Below, piece by piece: positions 9,889 through 19,674 of a stretch of 64,000 nt of DNA; position 1 is the first letter of the stretch, and each line of letters opens with the position of its first letter. The notes below the pieces were generated by a model, which was given only the letters and a program-made list of their open reading frames with translations, did not search any database and was not told the DNA's origin. Both the position numbers and the translations under genes were made by a program. This DNA comes from a virus: positions 64,001 through 128,000 of IMG/VR virus record IMGVR_UViG_3300050821_007134. The stretch is one strand, 5' to 3'.

Positions 9889-12663
9889 TTAAGCGGCGCT
9901 CTGTACTTGCGATACGTTAATGGTAATCGGTACGAAGTAGATAGCGGTTGCAAGCTTGATTTCGACTGCAACGTCCATTTCAGGACCATTGACGCTGACT
10001 TTGGGATTTTTGAACCCGAGAGGAGCATCTGTGCTGCCTGCGATTAACTTTAATCGTTTGTATCCATCCATTTTTTGAGCTAAGAAGCTCAAAGCGGTAG
10101 CGGCGTCGACATCGGCCAAGCTCTTACCAACAAAGGATGCTTGGAAGCTTGCGGCGAGATCGAGGGCCAAAATATCCGAAGCGTACACGGCTTGGATGCT
10201 GTTATAAACGAAATTGGCGTCAAAGGCATAAGTCGTTTGGTCACTAACCCAACGAACTCCAGCGGTATCTTTGGTCCAAAATAATAGACCAGCATCGAGT
10301 GCATCTTCAACATCACCAGGGCTACCCGAGTCAAATCCTGAAGGATCAAGGTAACTGATAACGTTTGCGAATTTGTTAACGATGGCTTTATAGAAACCGC
10401 CCGTTTGCATACCGGCAGCAACAACTGCTTGGTACCAAGGGAGGAAGCTTGTGATAACGCCTTGCGAGTTAACTTGCGAAGGCCTTTGGAAAGCCAAAGA
10501 ACAACGGTACTGAGCAATCCCTTGAGATTTTTGTTTCGTCTGAGCATAAGTTCCCCAGAAAGAAAGGATTGCGATACGATTCTTTTTAAGCTTCGGTGTG
10601 CTGAATTGGATACAATGAGCCTTAGCAGCTGCATGGATTGCATCAATGGTGTAGGTCGAAGATGAATCGGTTAATCCGTCAGCGATATCAGCGCTTGCAT
10701 CTCTTGAGAAGAGAGGAACGATAATGTTAACATTCAATCCAGCCAATGCGTTGATTGCAGCGATAACTTGAGCAGCAGAAGTTCCACCTTTGGTTCCACC
10801 AGATAAGAAAATTGGAGCTGCATTTGGATTGGGTAATCCAGAAGAAGCTTGAGGTGCGAAATTCAATGCGCGAGAAGTACTCATACCTTGTTCGAAAGAG
10901 AACAGAGCATCTTTAATTCTTCCAGGCTGTTCACCAGCTCCGCTTGAAGCGATACCGGCTGCGGTAACTGCATCTAAAGCAGAAGGAGGTAATTGCTGAG
11001 CAGAAGGAGAAGCTGAAGCTGAATATCCAGATTGAGAATTGATAAAAGCAGCAATGTCGGCAACCGTTCTGTATTGGCTAAGAGCGATACTTAAGTTAGC
11101 ACCTGATCCGCCACTAACAGTAGTCGTCAACATTTGACTTACGGGATTAATTGTTAAAGTTGCGGTCGTACCTTGGTAACCAACGTTTAAGGCAATTTGA
11201 GTTGCAACGTCGATTGTTTCGCTTAAGTTAATGTCGGCGCGGTTGATTTGAACTTCAACAGAAGCCTCTTGAGCGGCAACATTTAAACTGTCAGAAAGAC
11301 CTAAAGCGGCTAAATCTCCAGGAGTAGAGTCGAACAATTCAAAACTTCTTGCATCTCCCCTTCGATAAGCGGTAGCATCTATGGCCATGGTAAGAGCAAT
11401 ACTATTTGGTGCAGCGCCAGGTGATGCAGAGATTCCAGAGGGAAGTAACAAATTGAGTTCAGTTATTAACTGAGCCTGATTTGAGTGGTTAGCTCCGTTG
11501 ATTACTCCAGGAGGGAAATTTGTGATTGAAGTTCCAGGACTCACACCAACGTTACCATTGATAATAGTACCGCTAGATGCGCTACCAGTTACGGCTGAAG
11601 CACCTAAGAGACCAAACGTCCCAGCGTAATTTAATAGAGGAGCTTGCTGTGCGTTGACGACAGTGGGTGCGCTTAATGTGACGGCTCCAGTAAGAGCAAT
11701 TAAACTGCCGTTTACAACGGTTCCTAATGTGTCAGTGATTGATGCTTGAGCGATAACGTTACCTTGGAAAGTACCAGCGAATGAAGAATCAAGAGTTGCA
11801 GAACTTCCGACGAGCCAATAAACGTTTTTGGCTAAAGCGCCACCAGTAAAGTTAATAACAGGAGTACCGCTTGAACCAGTCACTAAAGTACTTGCAGTTT
11901 TGATTACGAATACGTCAGTTGAAGAACCGCTAAAAGTAAGAGGTCCGCCTGCATCTAAGGAAGCGGCGCCCGTGCTATAATAACCAGCGGTTAATGTTTG
12001 ACCATCGAGAACAGCGGGAATTGAAACATATCCGCCATGACCAGATAAACTTGTGTAAGCGGCCTGAGCAGCTGATTGAGCTGAAGCGGCTTCGCTTGGA
12101 CTAACTGGACCAGAAGAGCTGCTACTAAGAGTGATAACATTGGCTGCTCCACCGTTTAATCGAAGTGTAAAAGAAGCGCCGTCTAAAGCTGCACCGAATG
12201 CAGGGATAGTTCCACCGGAAAGGGTAGGAGGAGCTTCGGTAGCGATCGAAGTAACTTGATATCTGTATTGGTTTCCAGGAATGCCGAAATTTTGATCAGA
12301 AAAAAGTCCATAGTTAGTGTCAACAGCGGCAGAAGCCTTTGCACTCGTATTTGTTTTTACGATGTAGATTAAATTTGCAGACCCAGTGATATCAGCATCA
12401 GCTGAAGGAGCAGATAATGCTCTCATAGCATCAACGATTGGACCGCTAAGGTATTGTTGTTGAACTTTATCCAATTGATCTGGAGTAAATGAATTGCTGC
12501 TCAAAGGATTAAGATCACTGAAAACATCTCCACCATCGGCTTCACCGATTATGACTACGTTACCAGAAGATCCGATACCAACAGGTTGGCTTTGAACAAC
12601 GATGTTAGGATACGCTCCAGGGATATTGGTATTAATGAAACTTGTTGCTAGTCTTTGAGACAT
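9889..12663 (-). CDS. contractile tail sheath protein with inserted DUF3494 ice-binding-like domain
   Basis: N-terminal PGAY...VIIGEADGG, LSGGTKG and sheath-type C-terminus; internal DUF3494 motifs (LDGQTLTAGYY, NVYWLVGSSATL, FQGNVIA). Confidence 0.85.
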   Translation of the reverse strand: MSQRLATSFINTNIPGAYPNIVVQSQPVGIGSSGNVVIIGEADGGDVFSDLNPLSSNSFTPDQLDKVQQQYLSGPIVDAMRALSAPSADADITGSANLIYIVKTNTSAKASAAVDTNYGLFSDQNFGIPGNQYRYQVTSIATEAPPTLSGGTIPAFGAALDGASFTLRLNGGAANVITLSSSSSGPVSPSEAASAQSAAQAAYTSLSGHGGYVSIPAVLDGQTLTAGYYSTGAASLDAGGPLTFSGSSTDVFVIKTASTLVTGSSGTPVINFTGGALAKNVYWLVGSSATLDSSFAGTFQGNVIAQASITDTLGTVVNGSLIALTGAVTLSAPTVVNAQQAPLLNYAGTFGLLGASAVTGSASSGTIINGNVGVSPGTSITNFPPGVINGANHSNQAQLITELNLLLPSGISASPGAAPNSIALTMAIDATAYRRGDARSFELFDSTPGDLAALGLSDSLNVAAQEASVEVQINRADINLSETIDVATQIALNVGYQGTTATLTINPVSQMLTTTVSGGSGANLSIALSQYRTVADIAAFINSQSGYSASASPSAQQLPPSALDAVTAAGIASSGAGEQPGRIKDALFSFEQGMSTSRALNFAPQASSGLPNPNAAPIFLSGGTKGGTSAAQVIAAINALAGLNVNIIVPLFSRDASADIADGLTDSSSTYTIDAIHAAAKAHCIQFSTPKLKKNRIAILSFWGTYAQTKQKSQGIAQYRCSLAFQRPSQVNSQGVITSFLPWYQAVVAAGMQTGGFYKAIVNKFANVISYLDPSGFDSGSPGDVEDALDAGLLFWTKDTAGVRWVSDQTTYAFDANFVYNSIQAVYASDILALDLAASFQASFVGKSLADVDAATALSFLAQKMDGYKRLKLIAGSTDAPLGFKNPKVSVNGPEMDVAVEIKLATAIYFVPITINVSQVQSAA

Positions 12664-12678
12664 TTTCGTTCTCCTTAA

Positions 12679-12978
12679 TTAACTTATTCTTTTAAGCCCA
12701 AAATGTTTAATTCCTTCTTCGAATCTTGCTGGGGCAGCCATAGCTACGGCTTTTAAATGAAGCCATATGATATGTTCAAGATCCTTAGAATTGGCCCATT
12801 TCGATTTCTCTTGAGCCCAGTAAAGTCTCCATGCTTCTCTAACTTGATCTTCTTTTAATGCTAGAGAGGCAGCAGGTTTGGCTAAAGAAGCGCGCCATTT
12901 TTTGGCTTCTTCTAAAGACATTTCTTTTGCTTTTTCAGCCACTTTTTCAATTTCCTGTTTCATGTTCTTCTTCGCCAT
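12679..12978 (-). CDS. hypothetical protein
   Basis: in operon upstream of sheath. Confidence 0.6.
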   Translation of the reverse strand: MAKKNMKQEIEKVAEKAKEMSLEEAKKWRASLAKPAASLALKEDQVREAWRLYWAQEKSKWANSKDLEHIIWLHLKAVAMAAPARFEEGIKHFGLKRIS

Positions 12979-12981
12979 TTC

Positions 12982-13845
12982 TTAACTCTTTTTTAAAATA
13001 TCAGATTTCTTGATTTCTAAAAATTTAGCCAGTTTGGCCACACCTGTATTTTTCCCCGCGATAGCTTCGGATTTATCCATCCAATTCTTCTCGGCCTGTG
13101 ATCTAGGTAACGTAGTACCTTCGCCTTTTGCTTCAGAATTACCTGGAGCTTGTTTTGAAACTCCCATATCATCTGACTTCTGTACGTTCGAAGGAGGAGG
13201 AGTCGCAGACGGTTGTCCAATACTTTGAGCACCCTGAGCAATTTTAGCTGGTGTGATTGCTCCGCTAGCGGCAGCATTTGCAAAGTTGGCGCCGAAGTCT
13301 TTCTTCAACTCGGCCTTTTCCATTGGTTCATGTCTATATGTGTCAGAAGCATGAACTATTTCGTGGCTGTGTAAATTCTTAATTCCAATATTTCGAGCAT
13401 GTTCGGATACTTGATTTGGTGAAGCTTCGTGGGTGTGATATCCGTGTTCTTTCATGCTGTGGTGAACTTTATCAACTAAATGCTGTCTTACGTGTTCACC
13501 GAATTTATTTTTGCTTGATTTTTCAAGCTCTTCGGACTTTCTTACTTGGCCTTCCATTCCATATTTCTTGGTATTGTAAGGTCGAGCGCCGGGGGCCGCA
13601 TTATTGCCTTCGGCATTTTCTTTTGGATTTGTTCTAGGGTCTTGTTGTTCCCTAACGCGTCTTTTTCCCACGATATCTTCTCTATCGAGTTCTTCTTGGT
13701 GTCTGTGGGGAGCCTGAGTACCTAATTTCTTAGAATTCTCAGATTCATATTTCTTCAAAGCTGGGAAATTCTTAATAAGTTCAGTGACCTTAGCTGCTAC
13801 TGCTTCGGCTGCCTGTTTTGCTGTATAACGCTTTTCTTGTGCCAT
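12982..13845 (-). CDS. putative internal head protein
   Basis: charged/low complexity, many hydrophobic-x-K-[S/A] motifs, late motif upstream. Confidence 0.5.
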   Translation of the reverse strand: MAQEKRYTAKQAAEAVAAKVTELIKNFPALKKYESENSKKLGTQAPHRHQEELDREDIVGKRRVREQQDPRTNPKENAEGNNAAPGARPYNTKKYGMEGQVRKSEELEKSSKNKFGEHVRQHLVDKVHHSMKEHGYHTHEASPNQVSEHARNIGIKNLHSHEIVHASDTYRHEPMEKAELKKDFGANFANAAASGAITPAKIAQGAQSIGQPSATPPPSNVQKSDDMGVSKQAPGNSEAKGEGTTLPRSQAEKNWMDKSEAIAGKNTGVAKLAKFLEIKKSDILKKS

Positions 13846-13879
13846 TATTGAACCTCTTTATACCACTGTAAGATTAGTA

Positions 13880-14242
13880 TTATGACTTACACTTGGCCAT
13901 AAAATCTCTTAGTTTTCGAGCACTTGCATGTTTTACGTCTTTAAAGTCCTCGGATTTAAACATTCCTGGAGACTTTGGGGTTTTCGATATAGTACTTTGC
14001 TCGCCCGATTTCATTGGATTAGCCACGGCTGTCGGAGTTGGCTTAGGTGAAAGAATTTGTGCTTCAGATTTAAAAATCTCTTGCATGAATTCTTCAGCTT
14101 TTTCAAGACCTTGTGACTTTTTCATCCTATGGAATATGAAGTTAGCCAGAGCCCATTTAGGTTCTCCGCCACTTTTACCGGCAGCTTCTTTAGCTTCCGA
14201 CCATTTCTTTTCATCTTTCGGGGTCTTTACAAATCCTGGCAT
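13880..14242 (-). CDS. putative internal head protein (N-terminus weakly ChaB-like)
   Basis: DEKKWSEAK...WAL helical hairpin; MKKS, LEKA, IFKS, MFKS motifs. Confidence 0.45.
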   Translation of the reverse strand: MPGFVKTPKDEKKWSEAKEAAGKSGGEPKWALANFIFHRMKKSQGLEKAEEFMQEIFKSEAQILSPKPTPTAVANPMKSGEQSTISKTPKSPGMFKSEDFKDVKHASARKLRDFMAKCKS

Positions 14243-14263
14243 GACTATAAGATTCCTACGATA

Positions 14264-15292
14264 TTATTCATTTTCATCTTCTGGGTCGGTGGAATCGTCG
14301 CCATTTTCATTATCTGTATACCAAATTTCATTGGCTTTATCGATAAAAGCTGGGGAATCTTCATTAGATAGGATTTTGATCCCTCCGAGGAATCCTTTGG
14401 ATGTTTTCTCTTTTAACGCAACGCTTTCAATAAATCTTCGCGGTGACTTGACCCAGCTGTTCTCTACTTGGCCAGTGATTGTGATGTATCTTCGAAAAAC
14501 TTCTTCACCTTCGACGCCGCCGTAATTGCTATCTTCCTGAAGGTCTGAACTGCTCAGAAGACTTTCCGTGAATCCGGAGGCCTCTAATAAGCTTTCTCTA
14601 TAACGCATTATACTATACATTGCGATTGACCAAAGCCAAAGTAGGTTTTGGGGATCTCCATGCGCATGACAGCCAATGGTGTAGCTTTCTTGAAAAAATG
14701 AGTGTTCAACTCTAGCCTTATATACTTGAAATTGTGGAACAATTCCGTATTTACTCGCATTGAGTTTTGTATCGGCTTCGATTAGGATACCAGCTTCAGT
14801 AATTTCCAGGATACCGTAACCGTTCCCGGTCGCAGGGTCAACAAGGATCATTCCCGGCGCAATCCCGTCGCTTCCCGGCGCATTCCCAGGGATCGCCAGT
14901 TCACCAGTTGATTGGTCATATGAAAGCGGGACGAAAGGCTTAACCACGTAGGGAATAGGCTTCCCAATAGTGTTTGGCATTAAGAGCACTGTCTCAGTGG
15001 ACTGGTCGGCCATGGTCTTCATGTCTTGTTTTTCAGGGCTATTTCCCATGGATATCGTTATGCAGGGCGTCTTATCTTTATCTTTTCTAAGTGCCATGTA
15101 AAATTCTATTTTGTTATTTGCGAACCACTCTTTACAGGCATCGATTTGTTTTTGGCCATATTTGTCTTTTAGATATGGGCTTGTGATTAAATCTTCAAAC
15201 ATGTGGTCAATAAGCCACGGATTCTTGCGCATGTCTTCGATGCCAAGCTCGATAGCTGTTTTTATTATCATGTCACCTTGAAAAATTCCCAT
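14264..15292 (-). CDS. putative tail completion/neck protein
   Basis: position upstream of sheath; size and PCITISMG pattern typical of myovirus tail terminator-like proteins. Confidence 0.5.
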   Translation of the reverse strand: MGIFQGDMIIKTAIELGIEDMRKNPWLIDHMFEDLITSPYLKDKYGQKQIDACKEWFANNKIEFYMALRKDKDKTPCITISMGNSPEKQDMKTMADQSTETVLLMPNTIGKPIPYVVKPFVPLSYDQSTGELAIPGNAPGSDGIAPGMILVDPATGNGYGILEITEAGILIEADTKLNASKYGIVPQFQVYKARVEHSFFQESYTIGCHAHGDPQNLLWLWSIAMYSIMRYRESLLEASGFTESLLSSSDLQEDSNYGGVEGEEVFRRYITITGQVENSWVKSPRRFIESVALKEKTSKGFLGGIKILSNEDSPAFIDKANEIWYTDNENGDDSTDPEDENE

Positions 15293-15298
15293 AAACCC

Positions 15299-16054
15299 TT
15301 AATATTTTGCCAAAATTTGCGGCAATACGTTTGTTTCCCATTCTTTTAAAGCCCATTCATAGGCTTTTTCAAAAAAATGTTGTGCGTCGTATCCGGGGTG
15401 AATCCACTTACCTTCACTGGCCGGGCCACTACTTACAGTTCGAAAAGTCATAATGTCTCTTTGAACTTTTCCAGTAATACGATTTTTCTTTTGATATATC
15501 GTAACTCTAGCCAAAGCATCCGTTGTTGCCCTGCTTGTAGGCGGAGCGCTTGGGATACTGAATGAATGAAGTTTTCCAAGTCTTGGATTGCCACCAGATC
15601 CCGTTTCTATTTTCTTATAAGGGATTTTTCTGGCCTTCAATTCAGTTCTAATTTGGCTGACCAAACTTTGAGCGTATGAATTCATGGTAGATGGTGCCCT
15701 ACTATGCTCAAAAGGGATGGCCCTACTTTTATTACCTGTTCTAGGATTTACAGGAGCATCTTTTAAAAGAGATTCCTTCATATCCTTTCCGGGAGTAATA
15801 CCTTCTTCAATCCAAAGTGCGCTTTCATCAATGGTCAAAAGATGAACATGTGGCGCGATTTCTTGAGTCTTAAATCCTTTTTGGAATTGACTCAGCGTGG
15901 TATGAAGTTTATCTGCGGCCATTTCATCAATTTTTGCAGTAGTCATGGCGGCCAGACCATCGACGGCTTCTAAGATGTCCTTTTCAATTTCTTCTTTTGC
16001 TTCTTTAAATGCGCCAGCAATTGCCGAAGCATCAATATGTATTTTAAAGCTCAT
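15299..16054 (-). CDS. putative neck/tail-completion protein (HK97 gp10-like)
   Basis: WIEEG...IPF...FRTVS...WIHPG...FFEKA pattern. Confidence 0.55.
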   Translation of the reverse strand: MSFKIHIDASAIAGAFKEAKEEIEKDILEAVDGLAAMTTAKIDEMAADKLHTTLSQFQKGFKTQEIAPHVHLLTIDESALWIEEGITPGKDMKESLLKDAPVNPRTGNKSRAIPFEHSRAPSTMNSYAQSLVSQIRTELKARKIPYKKIETGSGGNPRLGKLHSFSIPSAPPTSRATTDALARVTIYQKKNRITGKVQRDIMTFRTVSSGPASEGKWIHPGYDAQHFFEKAYEWALKEWETNVLPQILAKY

Positions 16055-18228
16055 TAGTTATTCTCTTGAGCCGCTGCCTTAACAGGAACTCCGCTAGGAC
16101 CCATCACTACACCCTTTTTGCGATCAATCCATCGGGTCTTCCCGGTCTTTTGATCTATCGTCTTTTGTTGACCTTTCAGGTTTATAGAACCTGGAGTCAA
16201 AGGAGTTCTTGGAGTGTGCTTGGTCGTTGCTTTAGTGGGTAATTTTCCCAGGCCACTACCGCCTGGCTTACTTTCTTTTGGGGGCTCGTTAGCTGCACCC
16301 TCCTTAGGAGCAGCCGACTTATCTTTGTCTTCTTTTTTAGGAGGAAATCCACCTTTTTCTTTTCCAGGAGGACCTTCTTTGCCTTCTTTTTTCTCAGGAG
16401 CTTTACCGTCCTTCTTTGGAGGAAAGCCACCTTTTTCTTTTCCGGGTTCTTGTCCAGCTTCTTTGGCTGGATGACTACCACAAGTAGGACAAGGATGTTC
16501 TTCTTGGCCTGGAATTGGTTCTCCGGGCTGGCCTTGAGCACCTTGTTGTTCATTTGGAAGTTGTTCAGTACCATTTGAAATACCAAGCAATTTGGACATT
16601 TCAATCATGGCGCGAAGCATTGCGATACATGAAGAATAAAGCTCAGGGGATTGAGCCTGAGATTGTTCCAAAATTTGTTTGTTATTTTTAAACCCTTGAA
16701 GAGCTTGGCCGATCATCTGTTTTATTTGCTCTTTTTGAGCATCTTCGGCGCCGCCTTCTAAACCATCCTGCATTACTGATTGCATTGGAGGCTCTTCTTC
16801 CTGACCAGGAGGAAGTTCTTCTTGCTCTTGTCCAGGAATTTGTTGGTCGGAAGCCTGATCGGTAGGAGAAGCTTGACCCATCATATCATCTTGGGTATCT
16901 CCAGCATTCGGTCCTTCAAGATTTACGCCACCTTCAGGTCCGCCAGGCATACCAGTGTCTCCGGGAACATTCTGTTCCTTGAAACCATCTGGACGACTAA
17001 CATTCCCTTCCATCTCACTACCGACGGGCATAGCGCCACTATCAATATTGTTCATCTGTTCTTGCTGAACTTGTGGATCGGCAGGGGGAGTATCAACGTT
17101 CTCTTGAATTACTTCTTCAGCTTCTTCTTGAGGCTTGCCACAAGTCGGGCAATTTTGCGCGTGAGCTTCTTGTGGAGGCGCTTGGCCATTTTCAGGAGCT
17201 TCTTTAGGAGCTTCTTTGCCTTTTTCATCTTTCACTTCCTTTTTAGGTTTTTCTTTAGTATCCATATCACCTTCTGCCTTTTTAATAGGAGTTTTGAATT
17301 CATTTTTAGAGGGATCTTTACCGGTATCTTCGGCTTTTTCCCTAGGAGTAGACATTTCTTTTCCACTCGCATGTTTATTGGCTTGACCGTCTTCTTCTTC
17401 CTTTTGTTTTTCTTTTTTCTTATCAGGAAGAGCATTAGGTTGGCCCTGTTCGCCTTTGTTTTTATCTGGAAGTGGCCTGTCTTCAGCTAAGGCAACGTCG
17501 GGTCTAGTATCGCTTTTTGGCTCTTGTTGAGCAACTTTGGCGGATGCTTCTTGATTGACTTTTGCCGTAGCTTGTTCTGGAGATTCCTGAGTTAATGCAC
17601 TATCTTGTGCAACTTGAGAAGACTTTTCTGCCGATGTTCCTGCCGGTGTTTTGGCGGATGCCTTGGCGGATGTTTCGTCACTAGCAGTCTCAGAAGGAGT
17701 CTCACCAGTTTTCTCTTTTTGAATTTGATCTTTCTGCCATGAGTCTTGTTTGAAACCTTTATCATCTTCGGGCTTTAAATATGCTTCACCAAGCTTCTGT
17801 TCTTCTTCAGATCCTTGTCCTTGTGATAATCGATCTTGTGTGGCTTGGATGTCCTTATCAACGGAATCATCGTACATGACCACTTGATTTTTACCACGAA
17901 ATTTAGCAACCATCAGAGATTTTCCAGCTTGTGGAAGATCTTGGCCTACACCAACTGACATAGTCAGATTGGTTGCGAATTCATAATCGCGTCTTAATTC
18001 TTCGATATCTTGAACAGCTTCAGCCGGTAGAGAGAATAAACCTTCGTCTCCGCCCCCGCTGATGACCTGTCCATTATGTTCTTCAACCCATTTCTTAACA
18101 ACTTCATGGCCTAAACCAATGCGACTGGAGACTTCGCTAAGCGCGCCTGGATCGTTAGCCAAAATGGCACGACCTACAAGTCTACCGGCATTATCGCCAT
18201 CGTATGCTAAGAAAATCTGGTTAGTCAC
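16054..18228 (-). CDS. mCpol (minimal CRISPR polymerase/Cas10 palm-like) domain fused to a long disordered region
   Basis: aa 1-120: YDGDNAG...GGGDEG...TMSVGVG...AKFRGKNQ; the remaining ~600 aa are Q/E/P/K-rich with two CPTCG. Confidence 0.75.
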   Translation of the reverse strand: MTNQIFLAYDGDNAGRLVGRAILANDPGALSEVSSRIGLGHEVVKKWVEEHNGQVISGGGDEGLFSLPAEAVQDIEELRRDYEFATNLTMSVGVGQDLPQAGKSLMVAKFRGKNQVVMYDDSVDKDIQATQDRLSQGQGSEEEQKLGEAYLKPEDDKGFKQDSWQKDQIQKEKTGETPSETASDETSAKASAKTPAGTSAEKSSQVAQDSALTQESPEQATAKVNQEASAKVAQQEPKSDTRPDVALAEDRPLPDKNKGEQGQPNALPDKKKEKQKEEEDGQANKHASGKEMSTPREKAEDTGKDPSKNEFKTPIKKAEGDMDTKEKPKKEVKDEKGKEAPKEAPENGQAPPQEAHAQNCPTCGKPQEEAEEVIQENVDTPPADPQVQQEQMNNIDSGAMPVGSEMEGNVSRPDGFKEQNVPGDTGMPGGPEGGVNLEGPNAGDTQDDMMGQASPTDQASDQQIPGQEQEELPPGQEEEPPMQSVMQDGLEGGAEDAQKEQIKQMIGQALQGFKNNKQILEQSQAQSPELYSSCIAMLRAMIEMSKLLGISNGTEQLPNEQQGAQGQPGEPIPGQEEHPCPTCGSHPAKEAGQEPGKEKGGFPPKKDGKAPEKKEGKEGPPGKEKGGFPPKKEDKDKSAAPKEGAANEPPKESKPGGSGLGKLPTKATTKHTPRTPLTPGSINLKGQQKTIDQKTGKTRWIDRKKGVVMGPSGVPVKAAAQENN

Positions 18229-19183
18229 GTTTTTTCCTTAAAGTATCTAGGAGCATTTCAATGTTTTCTGCATCCCAGCCTTTACCAAATCTGACTTTTA
18301 TTCCCTGTTCGGTCTTTTTAATGAAGACCTTCTTTTCTCGATCCTCACCAAGACATATGCACCCGGAAAAAATAGATCCGTCAAAAATGTGCTTACCGCA
18401 ATCCGGGCATTCAACAGTTTCGCCTTTAGCCATCTCAATTGAGAATTCATTCTTTTTACTCTTCCTAAGTTCTATGAACTTTTTTAATTTTTCGTGACCC
18501 TTTTTCATGGGCTCAACAAATTCTGGTTCTTTTCCTGTTACAACAGATTCTACGACCTTCATACCGTTAGTCATTCCTCGAAAGTATTGATCGGACTGGG
18601 GTGTAGATTCCTGTTGAATTTTGGTTATTTCTGAAACTTTGTCTGTAAGTTTCAATAGAACCAATTTATCTACAGCTTCTCTCTCCATGAGTTTCTTATC
18701 GATAACTTTACCGATTAAATCATGAAGTGCTATTCTCTCATCGACTAATTTTTGAACCTTTGCGTCAATGTCAGTGTTACCACTTGACATATTCTCTGAC
18801 AATTGGTTAACGTCATAAAGTTCGAAAGCACTCATTATGACAAGTCCCACTCCTGGTATAGCGCGATTGACAAACTGCACTATTAGTTTAGAACCTTGTC
18901 TGATTTCTCCGCTATAAACGTCTCTTTCATGTTTTTGAGCATTTAGTATAGCGCCGCCTTCCACTGGAAGGTCGAATTCTTTATTTTCACCGATGGCCAT
19001 TGGTGTTAGTTCTTTGATGACTAAAGCCATTACAGTTCTTGGAACAATTTGTAAGGCGGTCCTTAATTCTTCATGATCGACAACGGTACGAGTTCCGGGC
19101 TTATAAAGCTCGAATTTCTGCAAAGACTCCATGTAGTCCTTGCCCAAGGTCTTTTTCAAGAAGAAGTTAGCGCCTGAGGCCAT
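18221..19183 (-). CDS. putative head-associated protein with C-terminal Zn finger
   Basis: CPDC...CIC; several hydrophobic-x-K motifs. Confidence 0.55.
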   Translation of the reverse strand: MASGANFFLKKTLGKDYMESLQKFELYKPGTRTVVDHEELRTALQIVPRTVMALVIKELTPMAIGENKEFDLPVEGGAILNAQKHERDVYSGEIRQGSKLIVQFVNRAIPGVGLVIMSAFELYDVNQLSENMSSGNTDIDAKVQKLVDERIALHDLIGKVIDKKLMEREAVDKLVLLKLTDKVSEITKIQQESTPQSDQYFRGMTNGMKVVESVVTGKEPEFVEPMKKGHEKLKKFIELRKSKKNEFSIEMAKGETVECPDCGKHIFDGSIFSGCICLGEDREKKVFIKKTEQGIKVRFGKGWDAENIEMLLDTLRKKRD

Positions 19184-19192
19184 TTTATTACC

Positions 19193-19633
19193 TTATCTCG
19201 ATGCTTCGAGTGATATGGCCGTATCGTCGTCAATTAAATAAACAAGCAGTGTAGCGCTGTCAGTAATTACTGAAATTTGTTCGCCAGCTGCCACATAGGT
19301 CCAAGCATTTGGAGTACATGCAATTCCTACGTGACCCGAGGCATCTACTGCACCAGCTGCCAATGCAGCGATGGTAAGATCTTCACCAAAAGTGACAGCA
19401 TGAACGGCAGCGCTATTATTGTAGATCGCCAAATTTCTTCCAGCGGAAGGAAGTGCGCGAGCGGTAGAAGCATCAGTTGTATAAGTCGTCGCATTGATAT
19501 TTAGTGGAAGTAATTTCCTTCCAACTTCGGCAACTTTCCTAGCTCCGGCCTTTTCACTGAAAGTCATGTTCTCGACGCTGGGTACGTCTGTGACTCGATA
19601 ACCTAATACTTTTCTTTTCTTTATTCCTGCCAT
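19193..19633 (-). CDS. putative virion structural protein
   Basis: beta-rich, structural operon. Confidence 0.5.
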   Translation of the reverse strand: MAGIKKRKVLGYRVTDVPSVENMTFSEKAGARKVAEVGRKLLPLNINATTYTTDASTARALPSAGRNLAIYNNSAAVHAVTFGEDLTIAALAAGAVDASGHVGIACTPNAWTYVAAGEQISVITDSATLLVYLIDDDTAISLEASR

Positions 19634-19674
19634 AAGTCCTTAACTTTCCTTTGTTTTATACTGATTGAAGATTA

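Noticed and set aside
13893-17490. Long antisense/alternate-frame ORFs (e.g. 13893..14525, 16780..17490, and similar ones across the window)
   Set aside because: Shadows of real genes caused by codon bias and low complexity
16054-18228. Type III CRISPR Cas10 or diguanylate cyclase
   Set aside because: Only a ~120-aa single palm domain; no HD domain, cas genes or sensor domains; motif pattern fits mCpol better
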